Positions 1 through 10,529 of a stretch of DNA of 64,000 nucleotides are shown here, piece by piece; within the stretch, counting starts at the first letter, position 1; every line of letters starts with the position of its first letter. Location of the stretch: assembly GCA_049646645.1 (NCBI GenBank), contig JBARWF010000129.1, forward strand, positions 318 to 64,317. Reading direction: 5' to 3'. The stretch comes from Thermomicrobiales bacterium (lineage in GTDB: Bacteria > Chloroflexota > Chloroflexia > Thermomicrobiales > UBA6265). Made by a program: the position numbers and the translations under genes. Below the pieces are notes generated by a model. That model did not search any database and had not been told where the DNA came from. It saw only the letters and a program-made list of their open reading frames with translations.

Positions 1-278
1 TTGGTGATCTTCTCGTCGTTGAACTTGTAACCCGGTCCGCCGGTGCCGGTGCCGGTCGGATCGCCACCCTGGATCACAAAGCCCTTGACGATGCGATGGA
101 ACGGCGTGCCATCGTAGAAGCCCTGGCGCGCGAGGTTGACGAAGTTGTTGACCGCGATCGGCGCATCTTCGGGGTAGAACTCGACCTCGATCGTGCCGTG
201 GCTGGTCTCCAGCGTGCCGGTGTACTTCTTGCCTGGATCGAGGGTGTTATCGAAGGGCTTGTTCCACTGATTGGCCAT
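1..278 (-). CDS. peptidyl-prolyl cis-trans isomerase, cyclophilin type (gene 3' end cut by window edge)
   Basis: Own minus-strand translation from ATG at 278: MANQWNKPFDNTLDPGKKYTGTLETSHGTIEVEFYPEDAPIAVNNFVNLARQGFYDGTPFHRIVKGFVIQGGDPTGTGTGGPGYKFNDE. FHRI..GF.IQGGDP.GTG.GG is the cyclophilin signature. It is absent from the ORF track because it runs off the window. Confidence 0.85.
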   Translation of the reverse strand, partial: MANQWNKPFDNTLDPGKKYTGTLETSHGTIEVEFYPEDAPIAVNNFVNLARQGFYDGTPFHRIVKGFVIQGGDPTGTGTGGPGYKFNDEKIT

Positions 279-400
279 GAACGGCGTTTCCCTTTCCTGA
301 TTTCGCGGCGAGAACGTGGACGCTCCAGCGAGCAGTCGCACTGTTTCTGCCTCTCGTCTGCACGCGAGGACGCAGTACGCGCCGTCGTGCGTCACCTAGT

Positions 401-1018
401 CTACCCCTGATCGCCCGCCAGGGTTTCGCTCCCGACGCCAGCCAGCCCCAATGCCTCCGCGTTGTCCGCCATCGCCTGGATCACGAACGCGACGTGCTCG
501 TCGAACGGAATGCCCAGCTCTTCCGCGCCGGCAGTCAGATCCTCGCGGTGGATAGCGGCCGCGAACGCCTTGTCCTTCATCTTCTTCTTGACCGACGACG
601 GCTTGACGTCTGCCACGGCCTTCGATGGTCGCACTAGCGCCACCGCCGAGATGAAGCCAGTCAGCTCATCGACGGCGAAGAGGGTCTTTTCGAGTTGGCT
701 CTCGCGCGGATACTCCGGGTTGTCGCCGTGGCTCAGGACCGCCCGCGCTACCCACTCCGGATACCCTTGCTCTCGCAGCACGCGCGAGCCAACGTGGGTG
801 TGCTCGTCAAGTGTGGGGTGACGCTCGAAATCGAAGTCGTGGATCAAACCAACGACCGACCACGCTTCCTCCGGCTCGCCAAACTTCCGCGCATAGGCGC
901 GGACTGCGGTCTCGACGCTCAGGCAATGACGAAGGAGACTCGGGCTCTGGACCCATTCGTTGAGCAGCTGCCAGGCATCCTCACGCGTCTTCCCATTGAG
1001 ATCTGGATAATCAGCCAC
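401..1018 (-). CDS. HD domain-containing phosphohydrolase
   Basis: 205-aa track ORF. It has an H...HD metal motif (GLIHDFDFERHP) followed by SHGD. Confidence 0.75.
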   Translation of the reverse strand: MADYPDLNGKTREDAWQLLNEWVQSPSLLRHCLSVETAVRAYARKFGEPEEAWSVVGLIHDFDFERHPTLDEHTHVGSRVLREQGYPEWVARAVLSHGDNPEYPRESQLEKTLFAVDELTGFISAVALVRPSKAVADVKPSSVKKKMKDKAFAAAIHREDLTAGAEELGIPFDEHVAFVIQAMADNAEALGLAGVGSETLAGDQG

Positions 1019-1053
1019 CGTTCCGATACTCCCCTGTGCTTCACGACCCTTCG

Positions 1054-2124
1054 TCAGATGATCAGCATCGCATCTCCGAAGGAGAAAAAACGATATCGCT
1101 CCGCGATTGCAACCCTGTAGGCATTCAGGACATGCTCGCGCCCTGTCATCGCACTGATCATCAACAAAAGGGTCGATTTCGGCAAGTGGAAGTTCGTCAC
1201 CATCGCGTCGACCATGCGCCAGCGATAACCTGGCGTTATGTAAATCTCCGTCAGGTCGGAGAACGGCCCCGGCTCACCGCGCTCGATCCGCTGCCCCAGC
1301 GTTTCGAGCGTGCGCGCCGCCGTCGTGCCAATCGCGACAACCCGCGATCCGCGCGTCTTTGCGGCCTTTATGGCCTCCCAGGTCTCCGCAGAAACCGAGC
1401 ACCACTCCTGATGGATCGCGTGGTCCTCGGCGTACTCCTCCGTCACCGGACGGAATGTATCGAGCCCGACGTGCAGCGTGACCGCCGTGCGCTCGATCCC
1501 CCGTTCCCGCAGTCGCTCGAGGATGGCATCGGTGAAATGGAGTCCCGCAGTCGGCGCGGCGGCCGACCCCGCCGCTCGCGCATAGACCGTCTGGTAACGC
1601 TCCTCGTCGGTCAACTGATGCGTAATATACGGCGGCAGCGGCACATGGCCGTATGCATCGAGGTCGGTCGCGATCGCCTCGTCGAGCTCGACCAGGACCT
1701 GACCGTCGAGCAGCTTGGCCCGCAGCGTGACCCCCGCGTCCGGGCGAGACGTACCGGCGCGCGCGGGGATAACGAGCCGCTCATCCAGATGCAACCGCCG
1801 AGTCGGGCGCGCCAGTGCCCGCCAAAGGCCGTTCCCTTCCTCACGCAGCAGAAGCACCTCGATCTCGGCTCCCGTCTGCCGGTGTCCGAGGAGGCGCGCC
1901 GGAATCACCCGGCTGTCGTTGACGACGATCAGGTCGCCGGGATCGAGCAGGTTCGGCAGGTCCGCGAAGGTCCGGTGCTGAACGGAGCCATCGGCGCGGG
2001 AGAGAACGAGCAGGCGACTGTGATCGCGGTCGAGCAACGGTTCCTGGGCGATGAGTTCGGGAGGAAGATCGTAGTCGAAATCGGCCATCGAATGCCGCGT
2101 GCCTGACGCTGCATCCTGGCTCAT
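1054..2124 (-). CDS. queA: S-adenosylmethionine:tRNA ribosyltransferase-isomerase
   Basis: 356-aa ORF with [26 protein letters not shown] and TAGLHFT blocks typical of QueA. Its ATG overlaps the ruvB stop (ATGA at 2121-2124). Confidence 0.9.
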   Translation of the reverse strand: MSQDAASGTRHSMADFDYDLPPELIAQEPLLDRDHSRLLVLSRADGSVQHRTFADLPNLLDPGDLIVVNDSRVIPARLLGHRQTGAEIEVLLLREEGNGLWRALARPTRRLHLDERLVIPARAGTSRPDAGVTLRAKLLDGQVLVELDEAIATDLDAYGHVPLPPYITHQLTDEERYQTVYARAAGSAAAPTAGLHFTDAILERLRERGIERTAVTLHVGLDTFRPVTEEYAEDHAIHQEWCSVSAETWEAIKAAKTRGSRVVAIGTTAARTLETLGQRIERGEPGPFSDLTEIYITPGYRWRMVDAMVTNFHLPKSTLLLMISAMTGREHVLNAYRVAIAERYRFFSFGDAMLII

Positions 2125-3209
2125 TGTTCCGCCTGGAAAAGCGCCTGCTGCGCGGAGAGCGACTCCGGATAGGGAATCCCCATGTGCTCGTAGGCGCGCT
2201 TCGTGGCGATCCGGCCACGCGGGGTCCGCTGCAGGAATCCCAGTTGAATCAGGTAGGGCTCGTAGACATCCATGATGGTATCCGTCTCCTCGCTGGTCGC
2301 CGCGGCCAGCGTGTCGATTCCGACCGGACCACCACCGAACTTATCGATCACGGCAAAGAGCAACCGGCGATCGGTATCGTCGAGACCGAGATCGTCCACT
2401 TCCAGCAGATCGAGCGCGCTCCGGGCGATCGCGGAGGAGATCGTCACCTCACCGGAGACCTGCGCCACATCGCGCACGCGCCGCAGCAGACGGTTCGCGA
2501 TGCGCGGCGTGCCGCGGGAGCGAGCCGCCAGCGCCTCGGCCCCGCTCTGATCGATCGGGAACTGCAGGATCGAGGCGGAGCGGCGCACGATCTGCTCCAT
2601 CGCCTCCTGATCATAGTAATCGAGCCGCAACACCGCGCCGAAGCGATCGCGCAGCGGCCCCGTCAGCAACGCAAGCCGCGTCGTTGCCCCGACCAGGGTG
2701 AACTGCGGGAGATTGATCCGCATGGAACGCGCCGCCGGCCCCTTCCCGATGATGATGTCAACGGCAAAATCCTCCATCGCCGGGTAGAGCACTTCCTCGA
2801 CCACGCGGTTCAACCGGTGGATCTCGTCGACGAAGAGCACGTCGCCGGGCGAGAGGTTCGTCAGGATCGAGACGAGATCGCCCTGGCGCTCGATCGCCGG
2901 ACCTGAAGTGACCCGCAGGTTGACGCCCATCTCCGCGCCGATGATGGACGCCAGCGTCGTCTTGCCGAGCCCCGGCGGACCATAGAGGAGGACGTGATCC
3001 AGCGCCTCGCCGCGTTCGAGCGCCGCCTGGATGAAGATCCGCAGGTTGCTCTTGACCCGATCCTGCCCGATGTAATCCTCAAGGTGGCGGGGACGCAGCG
3101 ACTTGTCGGCGCCATCGTCTTCGCGCTGGCGCGCGGTGACGAGGCGAGACGCGTCGCGTGCCGCCGGGGAGGAGTCATTGGGAATGGTTCGGTCCTGCTC
3201 ACTACTCAT
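2121..3209 (-). CDS. ruvB: Holliday junction branch migration DNA helicase RuvB
   Basis: Walker [19 protein letters not shown], and a RuvB C-terminal winged helix. Start set at ATG 3209 (MSSEQD). The track ORF extends to 3785, but that part is Arg/Ser-rich with no RuvB-like sequence. Confidence 0.9.
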   Translation of the reverse strand: MSSEQDRTIPNDSSPAARDASRLVTARQREDDGADKSLRPRHLEDYIGQDRVKSNLRIFIQAALERGEALDHVLLYGPPGLGKTTLASIIGAEMGVNLRVTSGPAIERQGDLVSILTNLSPGDVLFVDEIHRLNRVVEEVLYPAMEDFAVDIIIGKGPAARSMRINLPQFTLVGATTRLALLTGPLRDRFGAVLRLDYYDQEAMEQIVRRSASILQFPIDQSGAEALAARSRGTPRIANRLLRRVRDVAQVSGEVTISSAIARSALDLLEVDDLGLDDTDRRLLFAVIDKFGGGPVGIDTLAAATSEETDTIMDVYEPYLIQLGFLQRTPRGRIATKRAYEHMGIPYPESLSAQQALFQAEQ

Positions 3210-3271
3210 GCGATGAGTATACCGCAAATGGCGAACATCCGTTCGTTTTTTCGGCGGCTCGTTGAAGCGCT

Positions 3272-3469
3272 TTACTCGACGACCATGTTCGGGATGCCGT
3301 CGCTCACCGGGTAGCGGCGCCCGCATTGCGTGCAGACCAATGCTCCGGCTTCCGTCTTCAGCTCGGCATGATCCACGGGGCAGACGAGCATGGCGAGCAG
3401 ATCGGGAGCGATCCCCAGATCGTTCTGCCCGCTGGTTACCGGTTCCTTGATTGAGGACGCATCGGTCAT
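3272..3469 (-). CDS. Trm112 family protein
   Basis: 65 aa with LVCPV..(x)..[18 protein letters not shown], the Trm112/UPF0434 zinc-ribbon-like pattern. Confidence 0.7.
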   Translation of the reverse strand: MTDASSIKEPVTSGQNDLGIAPDLLAMLVCPVDHAELKTEAGALVCTQCGRRYPVSDGIPNMVVE

Positions 3470-4239
3470 GGTGTTCCCTCCAGGATAGGTGTCCCATTCG
3501 CGTTCGGGCTGGCAACCGGGGTCGCGGCGCCAAGCGCCTCCAGCTGATGCTGGGACTGCTGAGCGATGTAGGTTGACGGATCGATCTCGACCGCGCGCTG
3601 GTACTGGGCGATCGCCTCGTCGGTTCTTGCCGGCACCCAGGCACGATACAACTCCGCCAGATAATACCGCGCCTGCTGATTGTCCGGATCGCGCGAGAGG
3701 ATCTCCTGAAACTGCTTCTCCGCATCGGCGCGCAGATTGCCGTCGGCAAGTGCACGCGCGAAATCGAGCCGGATCCCGATATCATCCGGTCGCATATTCA
3801 ATGCCCGCTCGTAGAGGGGAATCGCCTCCTTCAGGCGTCCCGTATTGCCAAGCAGGTTCGCCAGCAGTGCCACCGACTGCACGTCGTCCGGATTCTGGGC
3901 GACGATCGTCTGTTGCTCGGAGATCACGTCCTTGTTCGGATCCTGATAATTCTGGGCATTGTCGCCATTGTCATCCCCGAACAACCCATCGAACGAGATG
4001 GTCGCGATACCGGCGATCACGATCGAGCAGACCACGAGCGACGACAGCAGGATGAACACGATCTGGGAGCGGCTGGTGCGTGTGAGTGGCGACGATGACG
4101 ATGATGGTGAGGTTTGGGGTCGTGGGCGCCGTGTAGGGCGGGGACGAGGGGGTCGTGACACAGGAGACCTTTCGCACTGCAAACGCGGCAGAACAGACGG
4201 TTCGGGGAGGGCTGAGCGACACGGCGAGATGATGACCAC
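3466..4239 (-). CDS. tetratricopeptide repeat protein, membrane anchored
   Basis: Hydrophobic helix ([22 protein letters not shown]) followed by TPR-like repeats ([31 protein letters not shown]). The start is uncertain. Confidence 0.6.
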   Translation of the reverse strand: MVIISPCRSALPEPSVLPRLQCERSPVSRPPRPRPTRRPRPQTSPSSSSSPLTRTSRSQIVFILLSSLVVCSIVIAGIATISFDGLFGDDNGDNAQNYQDPNKDVISEQQTIVAQNPDDVQSVALLANLLGNTGRLKEAIPLYERALNMRPDDIGIRLDFARALADGNLRADAEKQFQEILSRDPDNQQARYYLAELYRAWVPARTDEAIAQYQRAVEIDPSTYIAQQSQHQLEALGAATPVASPNANGTPILEGTP

Positions 4240-4301
4240 GATGGTGCCCGGGCCCCGGATGCCAACCCGCTGAACGATACCAAATCCCGCGCGCTCCGGA
4301 C

Positions 4302-4331
4302 TTGGCGCCGCGGGAAGACCTCTGCTATACT
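4302..4331 (+). promoter_or_regulatory. promoter of the tRNA-Thr/tRNA-Leu/rnpB/tRNA-His cluster
   Basis: TTGGCG (4302-4307), 18-nt spacer, extended -10 TGCTATACT (4323-4331), about 27 nt upstream of tRNA-Thr. Confidence 0.55.
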
Positions 4332-4357
4332 CACATTCGCTCTGGAGAGAGCGTTGC

Positions 4358-4430
4358 GCCGACCTAGCTCAGTTGGTAGAGCAGCTGTTTCGTAAACAGC
4401 AGGTCGCCGGTTCGAGTCCGGCGGTCGGCT
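4358..4430 (+). tRNA. tRNA-Thr (anticodon CGU)
   Basis: Hand-folded cloverleaf: acceptor GCCGACC/GGTCGGC, D arm GCTC-AGTTGGTA-GAGC, anticodon loop TTCGTAA, T arm GCCGG-TTCGAGT-CCGGC. 73 nt. Confidence 0.93.
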
Positions 4431-4463
4431 CCTGACACCACGTCAGGCAACGTATCCGAGAGA

Positions 4464-4549
<86 letters not shown>

Positions 4550-4629
4550 GATTGACCGCACGCTCACCAGCCAGGTGAATCATCGCGAGCCTACGCTCGC
4601 GCATCGTGCACGTTTACATCAGAATACGC

Positions 4630-4986
4630 TGACGGAAAGAAGCGATGGATGGTCGCTGGCCCGATGAGGGTCAGAGGAAAGTCCGAGCTGCACAGAGCAA
4701 GGGTGCCCGGTGAAAGCCGGGGAAGCGCGGTTCGCCGCGTTGACAGTCCAGATTGGCACGTTCCCTGAACGTGAGAGCAACAGAGACCAAACCGCTGATC
4801 GCACGAGAAGCGGCGTGAAAAGGGCAATCCTCCCCGCAGCAATCTCCGATTCGACCGCTTGCAGGCTGCTCGCCAAGGTCGGAAGTCGAGAGCCGTCACG
4901 AAGGCGACGACGTGGCCGATCCCTCCGGGGTCGAGAGAGATGACCATCACGAACAGAACTCGGCTTACACTCCCTTCTTCTCCGTC
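4630..4986 (+). ncRNA. rnpB: bacterial RNase P RNA
   Basis: CR-I GAGGAAAGTCCGAGC (about 4672-4686) and CR-V ACAGAACTCGGCTTAC (about 4953-4968). P1 is formed by GACGGAAAGAAG (4630-4641) with CTTCTT-C-TCCGTC (4974-4986). Confidence 0.9.
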
Positions 4987-4994
4987 GGATGTAT

Positions 4995-5067
4995 GGTGCC
5001 CTTAGCTCAATGGCAGAGCGCTTGTCTGTGGAACATGAGGTTACGGGTTCGAGCCCCGTAGGGCACC
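4995..5067 (+). tRNA. tRNA-His (anticodon GUG) with encoded G-1
   Basis: G-1 (4995) lies opposite C73 (5067). Acceptor GTGCCCT/AGGGCAC, anticodon loop CTGTGGA, T arm ACGGG-TTCGAGC-CCCGT. There is one T-T mismatch in the anticodon stem. Confidence 0.9.
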
Positions 5068-5094
5068 CCCACACACGATGACACCAGGTGGCAC

Positions 5095-5122
5095 GGCCGG
5101 ACGATATCGTCCGGCCGTTTGT
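5095..5122 (+). terminator. intrinsic terminator after tRNA-His
   Basis: Perfect hairpin GGCCGGACGATATCGTCCGGCC (5095-5116) followed by GTTTGT. Confidence 0.7.
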
Positions 5123-5328
5123 CATGCCTGCAATTCTTCCCCTCGCTGCGTTCGTGCCCACGCCCAGCGAGGGATGACCGGCACAGCACCCGACAATCAC
5201 GGCGCATCGGCAGACGCCCCCTTGCCCGTCCACCGCTATACTTCCCCCACCGACCGTCACTCACCAGCCCGGCAGGGAGCAGGTGCCACCTACTTGCAAC
5301 CAGCTACCCGCTACCAGGAGCAAATTGC

Positions 5329-8114
5329 GTGGACCCAGTCGCGTTTCAGACGAAATGGCGCACCGCCTCGGCCAATCTCAAGGAGCGCACGGCCTCCAAG
5401 TCGCACTTCAACGACCTCTGCGCCCTCGTCGGCGTCCAGAACCCGATCGAGGCGGATCCGGTCGGCGACACCTACACCTTCGAACGCGGCGCCCAGAAGG
5501 CGGGCGGCGGCGATGGCTGGGCCGATGTCTGGTACAAGGGTCGCTTTGCGTGGGAATACAAGGGCATCGGGCGCGATCTGGAGGCCGCCTACGTCCAGCT
5601 CCTGAAATACAAGGACGCGCTGGAGAACCGGCCCTGCTGGTCGTCTGCGATCTCGACCGCATCGAGATCCGCACTAACTTCACCAACACCTCCCAGCAGA
5701 CCCACGTCATCACCATCGACCAGCTCACGGAACCCGGTGCCCTCGCCACCCTGCGGCAGGTCTGGACCAATCCGGAGGCGTTCCACCCCGGCGTGACGCG
5801 GGAAGAGGTCACCGCCGAGGCCGCCGCCCGCTTCGGCCAGATCGCGCTCGGGTTGCACCGTCGCGGGATCGCGCCGGAACGCGCGGCCCACGTCCTCATG
5901 CAGCTGCTCTTCTGCCTCTTCGCCGAGGATATCGGATTGCTGCCGGACAGCATCTTCTCGAAGATGCTCGATCTCGGCGTCCGCTACCCGGCCCGGTTCC
6001 AGATCGAGGCGACGCGGCTGCTGGAAGCGATGAACACCGGCGATTTCGTCGCCTACGAGAAGATCCCGCACATCAACGGCGGGCTCTTCCGCCACGTCGA
6101 TGTGCCCGAGCTGACCGAGCCGGAGATCCGCATCCTGCGCGAGGCGGCGACCCTCGACTGGTCGGCGATCGAGCCGGCCATCTTCGGCACCCTCTTCGAG
6201 CGCTCGCTCGACCCGGCCAAGCGTTCCCAGCTCGGGGCCCATTACACCGGTCGCGCCGATATCGAGCGAGTCGTCGACCCGGTGGTGATGACGCCGCTCC
6301 GCCGCCGTTGGGACGAGGTGCGGGCCGCGGCGGATACGCAGCTGGCCGCGGTTGAGACGGCGAGATCGGCCGGCGCGCGGACACGCAGCCGCAACGCCTT
6401 CAACGCGACGATCGAGGCATTCCTCGATGAGTTGCGGCAGGTCCGCGTGCTGGACCCGGCGTGCGGCAGCGGGAATTTCCTGTACGTCGCGCTGGACCGC
6501 CTGCTGAACCTCGAGAAGGAGGCGATGCTCTACCGGGCGAAGGCCGGGTTCCCGCTCGGGTTTCCGACGATCTCCCCGCGCCAAGTGATGGGGCTGGAGA
6601 TCAACGAGTACGCGCAGGAGCTGGCGCAGGTCGCGATCTGGATCGGCTACCTGCAGTGGATGATCCAGAATGGCCACGGCTGGACGGAACCGGTGCTCGA
6701 CACGCTGGAGACGATCCGGCGGCAGGATGCACTGCTGACGTTCCACGAGGATGGCACGGTCAGCGAGACGGTCTGGCCCGAGGCGGACTTCATCATCGGA
6801 AACCCGCCGTTCCTCGGCGGGAAGCAACTGCTTGGCGATCTTGGAGATCAATACGTCGATCAATTGAGGAAGGTCTTCGAAGGACGCATCTCTCCGTTTT
6901 CAGACCTCGCGTGCTACTTCTTCGAGAAGGCACGCGCGCAGATTGCTTGCCGCAAAGGGAAGCGCGCGGGACTGCTCGCCACAAACTCGATTCGCGGTGG
7001 TGCTAACCGCGAAGTACTGATGAGAATCAAGCGCAGTGGCAATATTTTTATCGCCTGGTCAGATGAGCCGTGGGCACTCGACGGTGCCGCCGTACGCATC
7101 TCAATCGTAGGCTTTGACGATGGAGCAGACACGTCGCGAATGCTCAATGGTTTGATAGTGCCAGAGATATTCAGCGGTCTTACGGCGTCAATAGATATCG
7201 TCAACGCTCCAGTGCTTCCCGAAAACAAGGAGATCTCATTCATTGGAATCCAGACGCTCGGCGCCTTTGATATACCCGAAGATCTTGCCGAAAAATGGAT
7301 GCGGCTTCAACCGGCCTTCTCGGGATACGAGTACGCAAGGGTGCTGCGCCCATACATGAATGCTCTGGACATGGTCCGGCGACCACGACACAGATGGGTT
7401 ATCGATTTCGGAGACAACGTCACCGAGACAGAAGCGATGCTGTACGAAGAGCCGTATACGTACCTCCGTGAGCAAGTGCTACCCATGCGGCTCAAGCGCC
7501 GGGAGAGTACCGCACGTGAAAGATGGTGGATTCATTGGCGAACCAGAGGTGAGTTGGCTAGGGCTGCTAAAGGCCTTCATCGGATGATTGCGACGCCAAT
7601 TGTTTCGAAATACCGCGTATTCATCTGGGTCGATCCGAAGACTCTCGTCAGCCACGCAGGGGCTGTCTTTGCACGGGAGGATGACTACTTCTTTGGCGTC
7701 CTTCACTCCCGGGCGCACGAGGTCTGGTCGCTGCGGATGGGAACGTGGCTCGGCAAGGGCAACGATCCACGCTACACCCCGACCACCTGCTTCGAGACCT
7801 TCCCCCTGCCGTGGGCGCCGGGCACGGAGCCGGTCGATGACCCGCGCGTCATCGCCATCGGCGAGGCGGCAAAACGCCTCAACGACCTGCGCGAGCACTG
7901 GCTCAACCCGGAGGGCGCATCCGAGGTCGAGCTGAAGAAGCGCACCCTCACCAACCTCTACAACGCCCGCCCGCAATGGCTGCAGAACGCCCACGCCGCG
8001 CTCGATTGCGCCGTGTGGGCCGCCTACGGCTGGGACGATCCCGACCCCTCAGCCGTCGAGGAGGACACGATCCTCTCGCGGCTGCTCGCGCTCAACCTGC
8101 AACGCGCCGGGTAA
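5329..8114 (+). pseudogene. MmeI-like type IIL/IIG restriction-modification enzyme (N6-adenine MTase fused to an N-terminal nuclease domain), interrupted by a 1-nt frameshift near 5628-5631
   Basis: The frame starting at GTG 5329 (AGGAG 9 nt upstream) encodes VDPVAFQTKWRTASANLKERTASKSHFNDLC...GGGDGWADVWYKGRFAWEYKGIGRDLEAAYVQLLKYKDALEN, carrying the D-x9-ExK nuclease block of the MmeI family. The continuation PALLVVCDLDRIEIRTNFTNT..., VLDPACGSGNFLY (motif I) and FIIGNPPFLGG (motif IV) lies in the 5283..8114 frame. Confidence 0.8.
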
Positions 8115-8233
8115 GCGGTGGACCGACTCGTGCAACGCCCGCGAGAGCGGCGTGCAGACGCAGGGATGCGCCTGTACCGTAAAACGGGCCGCGCCTGCGT
8201 GACCCTGTGGAACGAGAAGGAGCGGGTTCACCG

Positions 8234-8635
8234 ATGCGCATCTGGGACGTTTCCCCCTCCTGCCTCTGCCGCCAGCACCTGCTTGGTGAGCACCGCGAGC
8301 TTCACGCGCTCTGGACCATCCTGACCGAGGGCAAGACCGGCTACCTCAGGCACCCGGAAACCCGCCGCTGGCAGGGAAAACTGGCGGCGCTCTATCAACG
8401 GCATGAATCGCTGGTCGCGGAGCTGGGGCGTCGCGGCTACCAGCATCACAGCCCGCTCGATCCGACGCGGGCGACCGGCCTGCGGGAGCAGACGGACTAC
8501 GTCGATTCGCCTGCCGTCCAGCTGGAGCTGCTGCGGGCGAAAGGGTGCGCCTGTCGCACTGGCCCCGAATGCCTGTGCCAGCAGCCAACCCGCCTCGGGA
8601 CTGCGGCAAGGGAGGAACACGATGGACGAGCGTGA
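8234..8635 (+). CDS. pyrimidine dimer DNA glycosylase / endonuclease V (T4 DenV-like) family protein
   Basis: MRIWDVSPSCLCRQHLLGEHRELHALW resembles the T4 endoV block L..QHL.AEYRELP, including the catalytic Glu position. Start set at the internal ATG 8234 of track ORF 8207..8635. Confidence 0.6.
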   Translation: MRIWDVSPSCLCRQHLLGEHRELHALWTILTEGKTGYLRHPETRRWQGKLAALYQRHESLVAELGRRGYQHHSPLDPTRATGLREQTDYVDSPAVQLELLRAKGCACRTGPECLCQQPTRLGTAAREEHDGRA

Positions 8636-9923
8636 GAAGTCCCCGGTAGTGATCGTCGGTGCGGGCGTTGCTGGGATCACCTGCGCGATCGACCTGCATG
8701 CAGCCGGGCTGGACGTGCTGATCCTGGAGCAAAACGAGACCGCCGGTGGCCGCATCCGTTCGCAGCGCCATCCCGACGGCTACCTGATCGACCGCGGCTT
8801 TCAGGTGATCCTCGATGCCTATCCCGCGCTCCGCCGGCATGTCACCCTGTCCACCATCGAGCCGCAGGCGTTCGACGCTGGCGCGCTGGTCTGGTCCGGG
8901 AAGCGTCGCGTCCCCCTGCTCGATCCACTGCGTCACCCGTCCTCGCTCCTGCGTGACCTCACCGCGCCGGTATTGACCGGGGGCGACCGTTTACGATTGA
9001 TCCGGCTGGCGCTCCGGACCTGGCGCGCGAGATGGGACACCGCTGCGGATGCAGCGACCGGAGCGTCCGCCCTGTCTGCCCTGCACGCCGCCGGTTTCAG
9101 CGACCGCTTCATCGAGCGATTCGCCCGGCCCTTCTGGGGCGGCATTTTGCTCGATCGCTCCCTTGCGACCTCGGACGGGCCGCTGCTCTTCACCTTCAAG
9201 ATGTTCCTGCAGGGTCGCGCGGTGTTGCCGGCGGCGGGCGTCCAGGCTGTGCCGGACCATCTGGCATCGCAGTTGCCAAAGGGAGCGATCCGGTATCGGC
9301 AGCCTGTTGAGGAATTGGTGCGAAGCGACCGTGGAGTTACCGGCGTGCGCGTCGGCAGCCAGGTGATCCCCGCCTCCGCCGTCGTCATCGCGACCGACCC
9401 GCCCGCGCTGCATCGCCTGACCGGTGGTGAGCCTCCCGAGCGTGAGGGTGTCGGGTGCACCACTGTCTACCTGGCTGGCGAGCGAGATCCGGGAATCGGC
9501 AAGCGCCTCGTACTCGATGGCACGGGCAAGCTGGCGGTCAACCACCTCGCTCCCTTGTCGACGGTGGCACCGGACTATGCGCCGCCCGGGCGGCATCTGC
9601 TCGCCGCCGTGGTTCTGGCCGGCTCGCCCGGCGCCGGGTTGGACGATGCGGCACTGATGCGACGGGTCCTCGAGGAAACGGCGCAGATCCTCGGCCACGC
9701 CGTGGATGACTGGACTCCGCTGACGGCAGTCCGTGTCCCCTTCTCCCTCTCGGCCCAGCCACCCGGTATCTACGAGCACCTGCCGGAGTCGCGGACTGCG
9801 ACTCCGGGGCTCTATCTGGCGGGCGAGGCGATCGCCGATTCAAGCCTGAACGGCGCGATCGCGAGCGGAGAACGCGCGGCGAGTGCCGTGCTTGGGGACC
9901 GCCGAGCGGCGGCGCGCACATGA
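8622..9923 (+). CDS. NAD(P)/FAD-dependent oxidoreductase (amine oxidase / phytoene desaturase-like fold)
   Basis: Start ATG 8622 with GGAGG 6 nt upstream. Dinucleotide fold VVIVGAGVAGITCAIDL...LEQNETAGGR and C-terminal LYLAGEA. Confidence 0.75.
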   Translation: MDEREKSPVVIVGAGVAGITCAIDLHAAGLDVLILEQNETAGGRIRSQRHPDGYLIDRGFQVILDAYPALRRHVTLSTIEPQAFDAGALVWSGKRRVPLLDPLRHPSSLLRDLTAPVLTGGDRLRLIRLALRTWRARWDTAADAATGASALSALHAAGFSDRFIERFARPFWGGILLDRSLATSDGPLLFTFKMFLQGRAVLPAAGVQAVPDHLASQLPKGAIRYRQPVEELVRSDRGVTGVRVGSQVIPASAVVIATDPPALHRLTGGEPPEREGVGCTTVYLAGERDPGIGKRLVLDGTGKLAVNHLAPLSTVAPDYAPPGRHLLAAVVLAGSPGAGLDDAALMRRVLEETAQILGHAVDDWTPLTAVRVPFSLSAQPPGIYEHLPESRTATPGLYLAGEAIADSSLNGAIASGERAASAVLGDRRAAART

Positions 9924-9947
9924 CCCTTCGTGAAGGTCAGTGCGGGA

Positions 9948-10529
9948 TCAGGCGGATTGGGTCGTCTTCCACGTCTCGTTGATCGCCGAGCGGACGCGCG
10001 ATTCGACGGATTGATCCACCGACGGTTCCTTGTCGTTCGCCTGGAGATCCGCGAGCACGGCCTTCGCGATCAACTGGTTGACCTCCTGTACCAACCCGGC
10101 GTACGTCCGGAGGCCCTCTTGCGCGAATGTGCCCGTCGCTTCATCCCCCAACGCCAGTGCGGTGGTGTAGAGCATCGTGTAGGAAATGGCGACGTGATTG
10201 TAGGCGGTGTAGTCATCCCGCAGCGCCTTGGACGCCGAATCGTTGCGCATCTTGTCGATCATGCCGGCCGCCTTGCCGAGCAGGTTGGAGCCGGCCTTGA
10301 TGATCGGGTTCCCGGAGGTCGAGCCATAGCTCTCCTGGTAGGAGACCGCCCGCCGCTTGCTGTCCCGCACGGTGTCATGGAACCGCTTGAAGGCCGTCGC
10401 GACCTCCTGATCGCTGGATTCGAGCGAGAGCTGCCGATCCATCGCCTCCTCGACATGCGACTCCAGCGCAACGATATCGCCGAGCCAATCTGCGATCGAT
10501 TCATGCGGTTGGCGTGCCGTATCAGACAT
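9948..10529 (-). CDS. hypothetical helical protein
   Basis: Track ORF 9948..10571. Start moved to MSDTARQ (ATG 10529), which has GGGAG upstream. I recognise no family with confidence. Confidence 0.6.
   Translation of the reverse strand: MSDTARQPHESIADWLGDIVALESHVEEAMDRQLSLESSDQEVATAFKRFHDTVRDSKRRAVSYQESYGSTSGNPIIKAGSNLLGKAAGMIDKMRNDSASKALRDDYTAYNHVAISYTMLYTTALALGDEATGTFAQEGLRTYAGLVQEVNQLIAKAVLADLQANDKEPSVDQSVESRVRSAINETWKTTQSA

Noticed and set aside
96-410. 104-aa plus-strand ORF at the window start
   Set aside because: It overlaps the cyclophilin gene in antisense and has no motif support.
3210-3785. N-terminal 192-aa extension of the ruvB track ORF
   Set aside because: The extension overlaps the Trm112 and TPR genes, is Arg/Ser-rich, and precedes a good internal start (MSSEQD). 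RuvB homology begins only after that start.
5071-9923. Genomic island integrated at tRNA-His
   Set aside because: There is no integrase and no direct repeat of the tRNA 3' end that I could find at 8100-8240 or near 9923. A proper terminator separates the tRNA from the RM gene. Accessory character remains possible but is unsupported.
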